Shown here: positions 47,720 to 49,603 of the stretch, piece after piece | How the letters are laid out: every line of letters starts with the position of its first letter | Numbering within the stretch: the stretch's first letter is position 1 | Source: Cirrosporium novae-zelandiae | Taxonomy: Eukaryota | DNA: 49,603 bases | Reading direction: 5' to 3' | Assembly: GCA_026023565.1 (NCBI GenBank) | Contig: JAPETS010000060.1 | Coordinates: forward strand, 62,001-111,603 | Program-made: the position numbers and the translations under genes | Notes under the pieces: model-generated | Databases searched by the model: none | The model's input: the letters and a program-made list of their open reading frames with translations, nothing else | What the model was told of the DNA's origin: nothing

Positions 47720-49540
47720 TAATATCGATCTTAATCTCGATATCCGAAACTCCCCCATCCTCCCCCTCCTCCTCCAAAAAAAAAAGAGGAAAAAAACAAA
47801 CGAAGAAAAAACAAAAGTGAATAACACCCCCCTAACCCTCTTGGATCCCCTTAACCACCAACTTAACCAAATAGAATTTTCTAACCAGACCCGACGATTT
47901 TTATTTCTTATTCTTTCTTGTTCTTTCTTATTCTTATCCCCACAAACCCCAGTACCACCAGCCCTACACCTCCCTCCCAGCACAATAGAAACTACTCTAT
48001 TGCCATTACCATTGCCATTTCCGTTTGTTGCAAATTATAAGAATAGCAGGATAGTGTATAGTACTATCCACAAAGAACCATGAAGAACCACAAAACTAAA
48101 AGGGGTGGAGGCTCACCTTATAAGGTGAGCCTAGGGTCTATGCCCTAATGGCCTAACCTAATAGGGAACCGTAACAGCTATGCTACATTATGCTATGCCA
48201 TACCATACCATGCTGCACACTTATTCGTTCGTCCGTCCGTTTTTTTTCTTTTCGTTTTTGAGGATTTTAGAATTTTTGTGGGGTTTGTAGGTTCTTATAG
48301 AGGATATTTATGGGGATAAATGGTGTTTGGAAGGAAAAGAAGAAGAAGAAGAAGAAGAAGGGGAAAAGGGGTAAAAGAAAAGGGAGGGTGTTGAATATGT
48401 GCTGTGTGCTGCGTAATATTTATTGTGTAATTGTTGGAAAGGAAGACGAGAGAGCTCGGAGGTAAGGGCTCAGGGTGAGAGTATCTAGCCCATCCATTCC
48501 ACCTCTATGCAATTAGCAGATATAAGGCGTGGGATATTTACGTTGTGTTAGATATGAATCTCTCTCTCTCTCTCTAGATAAATAAACACCCCCATCAAAA
48601 ACCCCTTCTTCAAAAAAAAATTAAACAAATAGAAAGGGTCATCTAGATATAATCGCCAAAAGAGACGATATTCGAGAAGAGGAGAAAAAATATTTTATTT
48701 CTCTGGATGGTTGGTTGTAGGGGTATGATGAGTATAGGAAGAATGAGTATTTAACGGGGTTTTTGAAAGGGATAAGTATTTTAATTGTGTAATATCCAGA
48801 ACCCTAAGGTTAGTCTTTTTTTTTCCTTTCTTCCCCCCTTCTTTCTCTTCCTTTCCCCCTTCCCTTGGTTTTTTCCCTCATAGAATCAACACACACTCAC
48901 GCACACACACACACCGTCACTCTCACCATTAGTACACTAGAGGGGTAAGAACAGCCAACACTCTTACCTACACTCCTTACACTCCCACAATATACCTATC
49001 TACCAACCCACCAACCTACATACCAAAACAAAAACCAAAAAAGAAATATAAATATAGAAAAATGGCTATAACGTAGACAGACAGACAGACAGGCAAGTTG
49101 GTAAGTGATAAAATAATAAGATAAAATAAATAGCTATTACTATTATTACAATTATTATTATTATTATTTACTACAGTAGAAGCCCCAACCCCTTTTTCAA
49201 GTTCTCTTTTTTTTTATCTTTCTTTGGAGAGGGGGAGAAGGAGGAGGAGGAGGAGGAGGAGGCAGAATGTAGAATTTAAAGATATGGAGGTCTAGGGGTT
49301 TAGGATTTTGGGGGTTAGGTAGAAGAGGGGGAGCGTTAGGGGGGGGGGGATAGAGGAGGAAAGGAGGAAAAAGTAGGGGAGGAAGGGAGCTAGCAGAAGG
49401 GGGGAGGATTAATGGTTGATGGTTGATGGCAATCACCATATCCATCCCATCATTCCACCCCACCATTCCATACCCATCTCGTTCATACACCCCCAAAAAC
49501 CTTCCAATTAATCAACCAAACCCAATTAATCCCCCCCCCC

Positions 49541-49603
<63 letters not shown>
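47000..49603. repeat. Low-complexity, SSR-rich non-coding tail ending in poly-C/poly-T
   Basis: (AAT)n ~47680-47722, (GAA)n ~48338-48360, (CT)n, (CA)n, (GGA)n; C-run ~49530-49547 and T-run to 49603. ORFs here are low-complexity artefacts. Confidence 0.85.

Noticed and set aside
47000..49603. Telomere/subtelomere, or real ORFs in the right tail
   Set aside because: No tandem telomeric array; the ORFs are SSR translations and the terminal homopolymers probably mark an assembly break.

Overview
Intron-rich DNA from a filamentous ascomycete (Pezizomycotina), in two parts. (1) Accessory zone, ~1-15 kb: a decayed, internally deleted DUF3435-type tyrosine recombinase (Starship 'captain') with putative cargo to its left. 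It is followed by relics of non-self-recognition-type genes (kinase, kinase-ankyrin, HET domain) around an intact RBR E3 ligase. (2) Core zone, ~15-47 kb: a small secreted protein, GH5 glucanase, CAP10/GT90 glycosyltransferase, cysteine dioxygenase, RBG1/DRG GTPase, a CENP-B-type HTH regulator, a PXA-domain gene, uridine nucleosidase and a GH51 arabinofuranosidase, then a low-complexity tail. The most striking feature is the 1,905-nt last intron of the PXA gene. It holds, antisense, a ~1.7-kb structured RNA with telomerase RNA (TER) hallmarks: template, core-enclosing helix, pseudoknot, terminal helix and an Sm-like site. Its template, GCCCUAAGCCCU, predicts a non-canonical 7-nt telomere repeat (TTAGGGC). 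All calls come from manual translation and base-pairing; no database searches were run.
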